From assembly GCA_043228905.1 (NCBI GenBank), contig JBHGNT010000218.1:1-50840 (forward strand): 50,840 bases of DNA. Reading direction: 5' to 3'. The stretch is from Azolla caroliniana (Eukaryota; Plantae; Polypodiophyta). The stretch's first letter is position 1; the number at the start of each line of letters is the position of its first letter. Position numbers and translations under genes: made by a program. Positions 12,424 through 25,799 of this stretch are shown piece by piece. Under the pieces are notes generated by a model. The model was not told the origin of the DNA and made no database searches. It saw nothing but the letters and a program-made list of their open reading frames with translations.

Positions 12424-14038
12424 AATTATTCGTCTCTTTGCTAATCTAGAAGACATTTAATCAGGTTTATGGAAACTGTGTGGAAATGCCACTCTCTAGT
12501 TTTACCAACTGTATTTTTTTTAACTCTTGTTTGTAGAAATTATGAAAATGCCCTCTTAAAAACTTTCATGGACACCCTAATTCCTCGGCAATTATTTGTC
12601 AAAGATACTCTCACACATGTGTAGTGCTCATAGATTCAACTGTTTAACTATGAAATGCTTGAGAACCATGCCTAGTACTATGAAAGAAGAACAATCTCCG
12701 TTATCTAAGACCTTCTTCTTCTAATATTATGAACACACACACACACACATATATTAAGGTAGTGCATTTGTTGCCGCTTGGTGTAGTTGTCTCTTGGACA
12801 TTTTGACCCCCCATGTTGCCCAAAACACCCATGGCCATTGCATGGAAGAAGAAATACCCATTTCTATTGTCTTTTGGTTGTTTCTTTCTCTCTTTAGACC
12901 TTCCTAATGAAAGTTGCCTTGTCGAAGAGGCACCTCAAGCTGTTATAAAAGGCCCATGTGGCATAGTAGCTATCAATTGATATTGGGAGGTTGGAAAGAT
13001 GACCATTGAATATGTGAAGAAATTTGTCAATCTGTGTTATGCCAAAATATCAGTCTTCAGATATACATCCCTATGGCATTCATCTTTCACTATCAATTGC
13101 AAATCTATCCAACCAAGCCAAAAACTTTTGGTAGAAATCTAAAATAGCCCATCCCATTAAGAAATTTTCCAACTCTAATTCTCAATGTTTGACATGCATC
13201 ACAATGGTATCACGGAGACTAATCTTATTTTCTTGACTCGAGTAGTTACCTTAAATTAGCAGGGCAATGATAAAAATCATGATATACAGGATAAAATTGA
13301 ATAGTTACACAATTATAACTACCATAAATTAGCCACATCTAATGATATATAGGAGAAAATTGAATAGTTAACACATTTATCAATACATAAACATACTTTC
13401 ACCTAGAAATTTGGAACAAAAATTTATAATTCAACATTCGATTAGCATTGTGCAAGTGCCACATCATGCATCTCTATAAACTCTTTCTTTGACATGCACA
13501 AAGCATTTTCCAGCTAGAAGGCTAATCAAAGGCACAACATACTAACCTCAAAACTCTTCATAATCTTACTTTCTCAGCAAATGTTCTCAATGGACAAAGC
13601 AAAATTACAAATTCCTCAAATGATTAAGGTATAGTACAAAAATGCCCAAAGACAAATGGCAAAAAAACTATCAAACAAGAATACAGGATACTAATATAAT
13701 AAGTTTCAATCAATTGAAGACGGCTATAAGTAGGAACCATACAAAACCACAGATATTCCATTTCAATGAACAGAGATTTAATCAACTTTACCAGACTGGG
13801 TCGACTTTATGCACTAGATTTTGCATCATCATAATATGCAATAATTCAAGTGGCCTAAAAATCTTTGCTCTTTAACACCCATTTCTTGGGTTTAATTTAA
13901 ATAAAAGCGAATTTGGTGTTCCGTTTTGATTCTTTTCCATCTGATATAGATAGATAGATATAATCTATAAACATATATTACCATTATCACACAGCCAGGT
14001 ATATACAAGGATTCAAAAGAGAAAACTACTTGAGAATC

Positions 14039-17000
14039 TCAAACATTTAAGATAGGTATGGGTTTGTAATTCAGGTATGTTGCAGCTGTAAGGAACACAC
14101 AACTAAAGGCCACATAAATTTTGATCCAAAACAATGAAGAAAAGATTACCATAAGCATGATACATGAGAACAATATTACAAAGCAGAAATTGAACATGCA
14201 CGTGGCCATGCTCAGCTCCTCTTCAATGCTGCTACCATCGTCAGAAAAGCTCCCCTCTCTATAGAACTGATCTAAGAGTTCATCTTTCCGGGAAAATTCG
14301 TTCATAAGCCATGATGATACATCAGATTCAGCCAACGGAATTTCTTGTACAGGTATTCTCTTAATATGCATGTGGACTTCGCTTGGGTTTGTACCTAGTG
14401 CATTATCAATGAATAGTGGACATTGATTCTTGTACCCAATCGTGACATCATACACTACAAGACACCATAAAATCCTTTGTTATAAATGTGAAATCACAAA
14501 CTAATTGACATAAAATAGCAACTTTATTCAAACTTCTGGCACACATATTGGCAACATAAAACACTAAATATATATAGAAATCATCAGCAGGGAAACAGAA
14601 TCTTCATCTATGCTCTGGTCTTACCTTGCTTAATCAGAAATTATCCTATGCTTCCAATTTGAGCACTTCATCTATACAAACTATTGCCTCAGATGTTTAT
14701 ACACAAAATCCCCAATAAGGGAACTATAGAGCTATGATGCATTCTACCAAGTCAAATTCTACACTTCCATGCGCTACGTGGTTTATGTACACAGCCAGTC
14801 TTGCTCTGAACCTAAGAAGACCAAGGTCGTGATCTTCCTCTGAACCTAAGCAAGACTCACTTCAGTATTGCAAAAGACCAGCTACAGTGGATTGATTCAT
14901 GTATTCATCACGAGATCACCTTTGCGAGGCCATTGAGGAGGTTCAACATGCATATAACAATGCAGACCTCAAAGATCAAAGAAGGTTAGAATCTTGTAGA
15001 AGCTAGACAAAACATCATTATTCTTCTCGGGGAATCCTTCGTAACATCGTTGTTTTCTTGTCAATTAGTAACTCTTACTTTCTCCCTACTCTTTGCTTCT
15101 TTCTCGAGAAAAGAGACGTATTGCAGAATCAAAGATCAGTTCCAGTCAAAGGACTTCAACACTTGATCCAAAAATGGTTACTCTTCCGTTCTTTTTCTTT
15201 GCGTAATGATAGCTCTAGTAAGGATATTGATGCGACACATCCTATCCTTACAGCCCATTCAAACTAAAAACTATGAACAGGAGTTTGAGGATCAACGTAC
15301 CTGCATCAATAGAATCACGAAGATGATTTAAGCAAGTATAGAAACCCTTTACTCGAGGTAAGAGAACATTGTGCAATTTTGGCAAACCATGCTCCTCTGC
15401 AAAATTTTGACTACGTAAGCATTTTTCCTCCCTGCATCAAATGGAAAACCTTTATCATCATTTCATAATGTTATATGATGTTTCATTGCTACGAAACGAT
15501 AAAGACAACAAACTAAAACTAAAAATGCAATCTACCACATAAATGAAAGGGCTACCCTAGTACTGAAGAAGACTATCAAAATGATCTTTGCTCTATTTAT
15601 ACAATCCATGTGTGCATCATTCCAAAACGTTTTAAATAGGCCTTTGTAGCCTGAACAGGCAGAGAGAAAGAGAGAGAAAGAAAGAAATAGGTGTATGCTT
15701 GAGATTCGTGCTGATCCACATTGTGTATTTGTCCAGCTGCATGACTATATGTTCATATCATCAGATTAGTATTCAGTACCGAGAATTCTAATATGCATAA
15801 TTGTTCTGAGCTTAATGACGCTCTAGCAGACTCATAGACATGCTTACACTTTCCTCTTATCTCGCCTGTGATTAGACCTATCTGTGACCATGGCTTCATT
15901 GCACAGTTACCAACCGCATGATGCACTGGTCCGACAGAAGAATTTGGGTTTGGTTTCTTGAATTCAGCTTTGTCTTTTCTGTAGCAGCTGACTTTCAGTG
16001 AGAACATTCAAAGCATGCTGCCCTTTTGCTTCCTCCATCAAAGTTTTTCTTTTTTGATACATCTTCCTGGTTGAATTCATTTTTTATTCTTTTTCTTGAT
16101 CAAAATCTTGATTGTTCCTTAAAAGACTTTCCATCAGAATCATTGTTATAATTTGAGAATTTATGTAGAAATCCAATTGCCTTGCAACAAGGCAATGGCT
16201 ATAGATACATTCTCTATGAAGTGTGTATATTTATCACATCATATAATTCCATGCATAAGTGTCCCTAATTTATTTGGGTAAACTACAACAATACTTTTCC
16301 TAAAGGAGCTGATAAGCAATAAGGCCTCCAAAACTAAATTTTGGAGATTCCTGCATCTAGCTTCTGCCAAACCAACATGATTCCAACTTAGAAAGTGTTC
16401 GTCAACCATGCAAATGAAAAAACTTGTTAGAATTGAACCTAAAAAGAAGGTGCTTGACTTTGCATTAATATTATAACTCATTGAAATAAATCACCCATCT
16501 AGAAGATGGCTGCCGATTGCAATTTTGAGAATTCCCCCATGTATGATGCAACAAATTGTTGTATAAAAGTTAAAGCCTCCAACTTTTCTTCCATTCCACT
16601 GACTATGATTTCTCCAAATAGTTACTCACTAACATGAATTCTTTTTCTTTCCAAAACCAAATTTTGGGTTTTCATCATAAGAGAGGTTTGTTTGAATAAG
16701 CCAAGTTTTTCTCATACTGCCAATGTCACCTCTTTAAAAATACAACTAGTTTCTCACTTTTTCACATTTCTAACTTTTAAGTAAATGTATGTAGTGCCCA
16801 GCTCCACATACATCAGAATCCAATGGTAACTACAATGGCCACGTGCTGTTCCCGGAGCCTACTGGTCATGTTTACTCCAGTCTACAGACCATTGCAATTT
16901 AGCCATGCAATTCAGCTTTCCGAAATTCAAGAGATTTGATAATCAAGTAAAGTAAAATAAGTATGAAACAAGTAATAAATGCAAACAAAATGACAGCTCC

Positions 17001-17798
17001 CTGTGACAAAGAAGATAATAAATCATCTTCACCACCAATCAGCATCTCTCTGTACCATGCTTCTTCTAGATGCTCCATTTAAATGCATGATAAGAGGATG
17101 GATTGCCTACAGTATACTTACGTGTAATCGGTTCCTTCGGGGAAAATGATGAGCCAGAGCGGATCGCAACGATCTTTGAAAGAAGAAAGGATACGCTCAA
17201 AAATCAAAGTATCCATTTCCCATTTCCTGTAAATGGGAAGAAACTCTAACACGTGAAATGCCCAACCAAACACGGGAGCATTCCTCGCACTACTCTTCAT
17301 CACATATTTAACATTGCCTATTCGTTTCTTTCTCAATGCAAGGTTCCATAGATACATCCAATCCACTTCCGTCCGATGGTTACAGATCAAGATGATTCTT
17401 TCCCGAGCAGGGAGCTTGTTTCCTGAAACGATCACTTTCGTCTTGTTGATCTTCTCGAATAAGAAAGGCCACATGGCAAGCCAGTGCCCAAATATGGAAG
17501 AAGTGAGTTTTCTGCTCCAATGGAGGCTAAATAACCTGAGGAAGAAGAATGTGAACGGAGCAAGAAAGAGGAGAAGAATGAAGGCAGATACTGTTAGGAT
17601 TAGCAAAATAACCAGAGCTTTCAATACTCTGAGGTAATGAAGAAAGCAATCCTTGCTGCACCGTTTCTTCTTCTCCTCGTCTTTGATGTTGCCTTTGTCT
17701 TTCTTCTTCTCTTCTCTCTGTGTTCCTCCTGCTTCTTGAGATTTCAGAAGCACGTTTACCGCCATCGCTGCAGCAACACAATCTGCAGCCCCCACCAT
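14039..17798 (-). CDS. LPAT5: Lysophosphatidic acid acyltransferase, LPAT4/5-like; exons 17798-17122, 15431-15301, 14454-14039
   Basis: [12 protein letters not shown] (HX4D motif), [29 protein letters not shown]; hydrophobic N- and C-terminal segments. Start could be a nearby downstream ATG. Confidence 0.92.
14760..14960 (+). mobile_element. Decayed LINE RT fragment in LPAT intron 2
   Basis: With frameshifts reads [44 protein letters not shown], matching CTQRGLVVNLAKTKVLIF..HLILSHKLVEVVGSYVYLGVTFS of the main LINE. Confidence 0.55.
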
Positions 17799-17847
17799 GG
17801 ATAGAGCAAGGAAGAATCTAGTTCTTTGTCTAAAATCTCCACACAAC

Positions 17848-17851
<4 letters not shown>

Positions 17852-17879
<28 letters not shown>
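17852..17879. repeat. (CT)n/(GA)n microsatellite in LPAT 5' leader
   Basis: Direct reading. Confidence 0.9.
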
Positions 17880-17883
<4 letters not shown>

Positions 17884-17922
17884 ATTCTGGAAATGCAACG
17901 TCTCTTGATTGGAGGAGGGGGC

Positions 17923-18104
17923 TGACGTGGCATGAAATGATTGGGCTTTGTCTATGGCCATGTGGCATCAAATGATTGGTTCTTTGGCCACCCGGATGCC
18001 CGGCATTGGCTCTCTCTTCCTTCCCATTTTGATATGGAAATGCTGGTGTGGCAAACCTGGGCCCGGGTTCCATCGGCCAGAATGACATGGCACCACATTA
18101 TTGG
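17923..18104 (-). promoter_or_regulatory. Three ERSE-like elements (CCAAT-N9-CCACG/CCACA/CCATG) plus overlapping TGACGTGG (UPRE/G-box-like)
   Basis: Minus strand: CCAATcatttcatgCCACG (17944-17926), CCAATcatttgatgCCACA (17979-17961), CCAATaatgtggtgCCATG (18104-18086). Confidence 0.6.
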
Positions 18105-19473
18105 CTCCCCAGCAAATAGTGTATGTATATGGTTTTTTTTCTCTGGTAGGCCTCGCCCGTGCTCAATATGTACTAATTTTGATGAGTTTGTCGGCGATTT
18201 GATGAAAACAAACATCTTTTCCACTAAACCTAATAATAATAAAATCCTTGACCTCATAGTCAATGTGCTCCTAGACAAGTTCAAATCAAATGTGACCCTG
18301 GGAACTAGCAGTTTTTTTGTTTTGTTTTATGTAATCACTTGGTTGCCTGTCGTGTCTAAATACAATTTGCTTGGCCCACAATCTTCTAACTTTGCAAATG
18401 ATTCCTTTCGTTGCATCTATCCACGTAACACACATACACATCAAATTACAATCTCCTCTTCTTCAATCAATGCGCTCAAAATGTTTTACATTGTTTCCGC
18501 TTGGAATGGTTTTTAGTTTTTAAATTTCAGATTGTTTTATTTTCTAAAAGAAATTGACTTGGAAATTTACTCCATTGTTTGTGGTCGTTCAAAATTGGTG
18601 GTGTGTGTGAGGTGATGGGCATTCTATACAAGCGTCCCTTCACCCTCCCATCACAAAGTTGTGTCACACGCATGCACAAGTTTTGAACATGTGACATGGC
18701 CAATTTATAAATATCTAGTAGGCAAGGGTAAAATTGTCAAGACCAATGCCAAACAGGTTTACAAGTATTGAGTGACTTGATATGAGTCGTGAAGCAATTT
18801 ACCGTCAAGAGCACAAACCCAACATATCTCTCCTTCCACTCACATCTCAGACATGTCCTTTAAGAATACGCTTTTTAATTAGAGCTCCAACCTCCGTTTA
18901 GAAATCAAGAAGACAATTTGCTTTACATTTGTCTTATGGGCACAAAATAGACATAGGGTTTTCAAGTACCATATAACGAGCAAGGTAGCGTACCACGTAG
19001 GATCAATCTTGTGTGAGCAATGCCAAGGGAAAAGCTAACGCTTACTTCTACATCAAACAATTTTGTGAGCATAGAGAGCTCTCAGTAATTGGTGATGCAC
19101 TATGTGAACACCCAAACCCAAACCTCCTTTTTTCTTAACGAGGACACAACGAGTAAGTGCCCGCAGCTCCTTGCGAGTAGCCATGTTTTCATAATGTGAA
19201 TACCGTGATTTCCTTTTTGACACAATATTGTATGTTATGTGTGTACAGTATGTATGTATGTATGTGTGTCTGTGTGTATGTATGTATGTATTCATTCCAA
19301 TCTCCATTGTCCAACAATCAAGTTCTCCACACAAAAATATAACTAAAATTGCTTTTTTTTGTGTGAGCTCACACACTCGAAAGAATCATAGACAAACAGC
19401 ACTATAATTTGTGGTTCTGATTCGGGCACTCTCCTCTGTGGAAATACGGTGGAGATGAGCGTCGCAGAAATGG

Positions 19474-22400
19474 ATGGGGACTTTATCAATCAGCCGTAAT
19501 AATCGCCCCGTGTCGTCCCCTCTGTATCGAACGAAGGTAAAATTCTCATTGAACATTCATATGTACATATTTATGTATGCATCTACCTTCAATCATTTTT
19601 CTGTTATCATCTACGAGCTCAGCACAGCTAAAGAAGGAGATTTGCTCTTCAATCTCATTTACCAGCTAAGAGTAGAAACAGAATTAAGGATTAGATATGT
19701 GTCGTTCACATCTTTATCACAATTCATTAAAATGCTTGGCAACAGCGCGGGTCAATTCGGTTGTAAAGGGATCAAAGAGTGTAATAGAAAGATATAAAAT
19801 TGCTGTTAATTCATTCTGTTTTCACATAGAGTCTAATGAAATGAAACTCTGCGAATTAGTAAAGAAGATTTTCCTGCAAACTGTTCTGCAATCATAGTAT
19901 CAGCTTACATTGATGGTGGGAGCTCTGTTTGATAAACAAGAAAAGGACACAAGTTGGATATTAAAATTTCCAGTTGTAAAGGGAATACGAAACAATGGAA
20001 ATATGTCAATTTCTACTACATGCTTGTACATTTTGTGGTGTTTTCTTGTCATTTCATATTCTTTCATGCATGGAATGAGGATTAGTTGATAAGTGAAAGA
20101 AAAACTTCTGTGGAAAGCCCATTTCATGATATGAGGAGGGGAGCTCAGATAAGAGCGTTTCAAGGAAGTGATCGAAATGACCATTCTTTTATGATTGAAA
20201 GAGAGCCCAAACAAGAGTGATGTGGAGATTGGATGAGATCAAAATGCCCATTGTATTTTGTGACAAATAATTAGGCAAGCTCAAACAATAACGTTCCAGT
20301 AACAACCAAAATTGGCCTTCTATGTTATGGCCATGTCAATTCAAAAAAGAGTATTTCAATGAACCAAAATAGCTATTCTATAATTGTGGATGGGGACAGG
20401 AACAAAGTGATCATTCCATGTTATGAGTCATGGTCTAAGAGTTTGAATATGGGGATCTCTTGAATGAAGCTAAAATGACCATTCTATGCTATGAATCATG
20501 ATTAAGGGTATTTGAACCAATGCATTTCTTGCACAGAACCAAAATGACTATTCTATGTTATAATTAATCAAGGGAGCTTGAACGAAGAGCTTTTTTTGGA
20601 TGGAACCAAAATGATCATTATATGCCATAATTGAGGGAGTTCAAAGAAGGTATTTCTCTCATAAAGGACTGGGAATGCCGGAGTTTGAACCAAGGCAATT
20701 TGTGGATAGAACCAAAACAACCATTCTATATTATAAACATGATCAAGGGAGTTCGAACAAAGGGCATTTTGTGGACAAAAACAAAATAATTCCATATAAT
20801 GATTGAGGGATTTCAAAGAAGGTATTTTTCTGGGAAGAATAGGGATGAGATCAAATAAGCATTATATGATCAAGGGAACGCAAACAAGACCCTTTTAAAT
20901 TTTGAGAGGGGGAGAGGATTCCCATGAAGATCCATAGATATGCATATGTCATGGACAAGGTAACCTTATCCAGAGGAATCTAGAAAGGTCTAGAAGTTTC
21001 TAAATAGGCTTCACAACTGGCAATGGATATTAGATTCTACATCAAGATTGAATTTGTTTCCCTATTTGCAGAATACTTCATTTGAACGGATTATGGGTGA
21101 AAAGTTTCCATTTAGTCTTGCATTTATATACAATTAATGTAAGTCCCTTTTTCTAAGAAAAAACATCCATAAATACATACAATGAATGCCCCTCTCCTTC
21201 CAGATGACTATAATGCATGATAGATAGGCCCACAAGGAGGTGAGGGCCATATACACTAATAATTCCCTCTATTCAAGGAGGAGATTTTGTGGTCTAAGGT
21301 TCCAACCACATGAGCGTAGGTGTCCATGCCTAATATGAAATATCAAACAGTTCAGTTGTACCCTAAGATGTATTCTCTGTGGGAAAGTCCAATGTAGGTT
21401 GTGGTTTCATGCCTGAGCTTTTTGATTAAAGCATAAACTAAAGCTATGAACAATGGTAAAGCTTGCGTTTTATGGCAGGAGAAATCAATAGTCATGGGTA
21501 TGATCTATTTAAAATGAAAGCATTTCCTTATGGTATAGCTTGGATTTCATACGTACTAATGCATTTACTGTTAAATTCTTAAGCTTTTATTGGTTCATGT
21601 ATGATAGGATTTTGTGGGCTGTTGAATGTACATAATGGAGTTTGCCAAGGCAGATGGCACAGCTCTAAGGGCAAGACACACACACTTGTGCAGTTCCCTG
21701 AGGAACAAAGTCCAAGCTTTAGAGGTAGGGTTTTCAGTTTCCAAAGTTGTGAGTGACAGAACAAACCAACTTCCTATCAGGCACTTAAGAAGTAAAAAAT
21801 GCTGGTCAAGTGTCCCAGTGGCTTCAACCAATGCTCCCGAGGGTTCTTCATCTTATATACAGCAAGATGAATCTGTGTATCTCGGCCAACCAACTAGTAA
21901 AGAGGAGGTATATAATATTCATGCAGTTCTACTCTTTGTTTTGTTGTTGTTGTTGGCATTCAGTCTCCCTTAATTTTATTAGAGATGTTATTATCTTGCA
22001 TACCGACTAATGTGAGTGGGGAGGAGAACTTGGGCCATCCTATATTGTTGAACATATGCATGGGGTTAAGGGGTAACCACCAATGTAGCCAATTTATAAT
22101 TAAGTGTAAGTTCCGATCAGTATTTATTATAATGGGCTCATGAAGAAATTTACTATTATATATGTGGTTGTGTAAGGCTGAGAGAAGACAAATGTTCCTA
22201 AAAGCATTATTGGAGTTTGAAAATGTGCCTTGAAGTACAAAACTGAATCCCCTGTATCAAGCTGGGTATAACACAGAAAGAGCCGCAAAAGAGGGAGTAA
22301 AAGAAAGTGTAAAATTGTTATAGATGAGATGATGTGGAGTAAGAATTTTAATAGAGTAAAAAATCATTCTGCCATTGAAAAGAGTGCACAAAATACAAAG

Positions 22401-25400
22401 ACAATGAGCTTTCCTGTAGTATTATAGTTATAATGAACTTTCATGTCGTATTATTGCATTGCTAAAGTAAATATTGCAATGAGAGCTGATTCAAAAGTTA
22501 TCTATTAGACATCCGAGGAAGTGAACAGGTGTATCTCCAATGACCAAGCAACTTTGTTGTATTGTTCTTTTTGGCCTAGGTTCTAGTTTGCATTAACCAA
22601 CATCTAGGGTTGGGTCATGATTTATTGAATGACCCCCATTGACCCACCCCTTTTCAATGTGTAACATTGTTATGGATACTTTCTCTGTTTGTTTTCTGGT
22701 ACTCCTTTATTGGATATCTCATCATTTAAATAGTAAACAGTAGATTAAACACATGAAGTTAAAATAGAAAAGTATGCTAATGTTTACTCAGCTGAAACTG
22801 TAATGCCCATGACAGCTGGCAGCCATGCGAGAAAGTGCTATGCGCACGAGACTAATGCGCCGTCTAAGTGATGCAAACCTTTATGGGCGGCATATACAAC
22901 GACAGGTTTGCACCTTCCAATTTCAGTAGTTTAATTACTAGATTGTTGGAAGCACTAGTGCTGATGCTTATCCTTGCAAGACGTTTTAGTTCTCATCAGC
23001 ATGATCATGCTTGAGGTGTAATATCATGTGGTTTTTAAGCTAAATTTAAAATCAATTCCAGTTTAACCATTATTATCACGGTTCTTGGTTTCCATACTGC
23101 TATGCTAGCTCTTTAATTTCATCCAATTGAATTCCTGTTCAGCTACTTGAGAAAGAAGCTGCATTATTGAAGTGTAAAAGTGAACTAGCGACAATGGAAA
23201 CTGAAATAAAGGTATATTTGTTTTTCTGCTTCATTGACTTCACATCATATGCATTTATTCATTGACGCAGAAAATTGCAATGCTCTATCTTTATTTGCTA
23301 TGTTGGATTAAAGTACTACTTTATATCATGAGAAGAAGCTTCTCTCCATGGAAAATCACAGTATGTTCATGACCTATATATAATCATCTTAATCATGCAA
23401 TGCTTTTATCAGAACTTAGTAGAACCACTTGATTGAACAGTATATAGTTGCGCACAAAATGTTACTTCTTGATTCTAGTATCTTCAGAAATCCTAGTATA
23501 TGGAAACTTCTTGATGGCTGTAGCAAACATTGTTGTTTCAATAACATTTTTGGGTTTATACATATGAGTCTCAATGCTTAATGTTGACCTATGCTCAGGG
23601 CAGCATGGTTTAAGCTTAGCTGATCCTCCCGGTCCCACTGATTTTTACTGTGTGAGACCTGAAGGGTGAATGGGTATAGTAATTCCACATGTTCAATCAA
23701 TATTGCTAGCAACTTTAGTTATGAAGTCAGAGGACAGCAATGAGCATTGTGTTATGGCACATCTTGATTATTGTCATTAGGACATTGTATTTTTATTCTT
23801 CGTAAGGTTTTCTCCAGTGGTGAATTTTTATCTAAATCAATGGCGAGGTTGTTGGTTTACTGCTTTTGAAAGTTCCACCAATTTCTGTTGTTCTCATGCT
23901 TCCTCAAGCACAACAATTACTTGCACTAAACCCATTGCATTGTGAGTTATGTGAACCTCACTTGAGTTGATCTATTCTACTTTCCATAAAATATTTTGCA
24001 TAGTTCATCACATGAACATTCGCCATCTTTGAAGCGGTTTTTGTGTATGATTGCATAACTTTGAAAATGTACTTTTTGGATGAGCAATGTCATCAGTCAT
24101 GTATGTTGAGCAATGCCATGGTCATGTCTGTCTCATAGGTTTTGGTAACATTTCCTAGGGACACTGTCATCAGTCATGTATGTTTTGAGCAATGCCATGA
24201 TCATGTCTGTCTCATAGGTTTTGATAACATTTCCTCGAGACACTGTCATGAAATTTGACTGAAACTTTAATATAATTTTTGCATGTAGATGAGTTTGGAT
24301 GAAAACAAAAGGCAAACTTGATACTATCTATTTCTGTAAAATCTCCAGAACCTGCTGCACTTGGCTCAGGAAGTCGCCAGTGAAGGGCCTAGACCAGGGT
24401 CAAGAAAAATTAACGGAAAATACATTCAGTCTCATTTCACATTGAAACTCAAAGGCAATAATTCTTTTTCAAATCTTCATAATGCTAGTAAATGCCTAGA
24501 TTTTCTACTCTAAAATTATATCCCGACCTTAAAATTTTAAACCCTCATTTTCCTTCAGAGTTGCATGAATGTGTGGCTCGACAAGTTGAAGATATTGATA
24601 CAGTATGCTATCGTGATGTGCCACTTGTTTGGTATGGTATGGCAGAGGTAAGTGAGGTTTTTGATGCATAAGCAGACAGATAAATTTTATCTATTTTTTC
24701 TTTTAATTGGGGTTTATTCCCTAATTGAATATGGAAAAAAGTGAATTGATCACCTTTAATTCTCCAATCTCTTTTTAGGATGTGCAAGTGATGGGCTCCT
24801 TCGATGGTTGGTCTCAAGGCCAACCAATGTCTCCAGAAGCATCTAGCTATTTTACGAAATTTTCCACTACATTGAAATTACGCCCAGGACGGTAACTGGA
24901 TCTTTCTCTCATATTCTTTTCACTAATTTTTAAGCCAAGACCAAGACATTATTTGCAAAACATATTATGGTGCATTAATGGCCGCTTCTTTGGAAATATA
25001 GTATGAAATCATCTTGAGAATGATGATAAGAATTAATATCGAGAGGGAAATCGCAAGAAACTAAAGACATTGACCAGAAACAAAAATATCATGTGATCTT
25101 AGATAGATTAGTATAGGAGGATGGTAATGAAATATCACTCTTAAGACATGGGTAAATTTTCTTTGCAAAGAGAAAAATTAGTGCAAAAAGAAAATTGCGG
25201 TATAGCAGTAAATATTGACAAGAACTATCAAATATAATGTGATGTGAGATTAATTAGAATTTGTGGGGCTGATGAAAGATTGCAATGTGAAATACTAAAT
25301 GTTTTTTAGTTGCAAGACTTTGTATGTTGCCAAAAGAGTATTTCAAAAACATTACATTTCACCTCTCCAATGCTGATGAAAAAATGGTCTTTCAAATATA

Positions 25401-25504
25401 GGTATCAGATCAAGTTCATGGTGGATGGAGAATGGAAGATCTCCCCTGACCTGGCACAAGTTGGTGAAGGCATGACTATAAACAATTTGCTGGTGGTCAC
25501 ATAA
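19474..25504 (+). CDS. PTST1: PROTEIN TARGETING TO STARCH 1-like (coiled coil plus CBM48); N-terminus uncertain (19474 or 21635); clear exons ..21907, 22816-22905, 23143-23211, 24349-24454, 24559-24647, 24779-24891, 25402-25504
   Basis: RRLSDAN, GSRKINGKYIQSH, WYGMAEDVQVMGSFDGWSQG, TKFSTTLKLRPGRYQIKFMVDGEWKISP...NNLLVV. Confidence 0.9.
20173..20890. repeat. Degenerate minisatellite, about 10 units of roughly 40-110 bp (mostly 60-70)
   Basis: Core GAACCAAAATGACCATTCTATGTTAT...ATCAAGGGAGTT recurs at about 20236, 20304, 20361, 20400, 20466, 20536, 20602, 20709, 20776 and 20847. Confidence 0.7.
24088..24250. repeat. Recent ~78-bp tandem duplication in a PTST1 intron
   Basis: TGTCATCAGTCATGTATG...CATTTCCT.G.GACAC occurs twice with few mismatches. 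Confidence 0.9.
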
Positions 25505-25799
25505 AACTTTCTTCCATTAGCTACCTATATGGGATGGTTTTCTCATTGTAACATCATTACCTTAATTTATACAATCATTCCTTTTTGTATTTTATGATAG
25601 AGAAAACTTTTCTCTTTAGAGAATCAATTTCTAAGATGGTCATGGTTATGCATTTTCTCTCAATGCTTTTACACCCAACAATTTTAAATACAACTAAAAA
25701 GTGATCAATAGTTTACATCTTTAGCAAGTTAATTTACTTGGACATGGAAAAGATGCAGCTTTTACATCCTTTTATGCTCTTATTACATAATAGAATTTA

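Noticed and set aside
16140-16760. Possible further LINE relic in LPAT intron 1
   Set aside because: No convincing alignment to the local LINE protein by eye.
17941-18516. 191-aa plus-strand ORF in the LPAT/PTST1 spacer
   Set aside because: Non-ATG start, no recognisable domain, and it overlaps promoter motifs.
20173-20890. CRISPR-like repeat/spacer appearance
   Set aside because: Repeats are highly degenerate, linkers resemble one another, there are no cas genes, and the context is eukaryotic.
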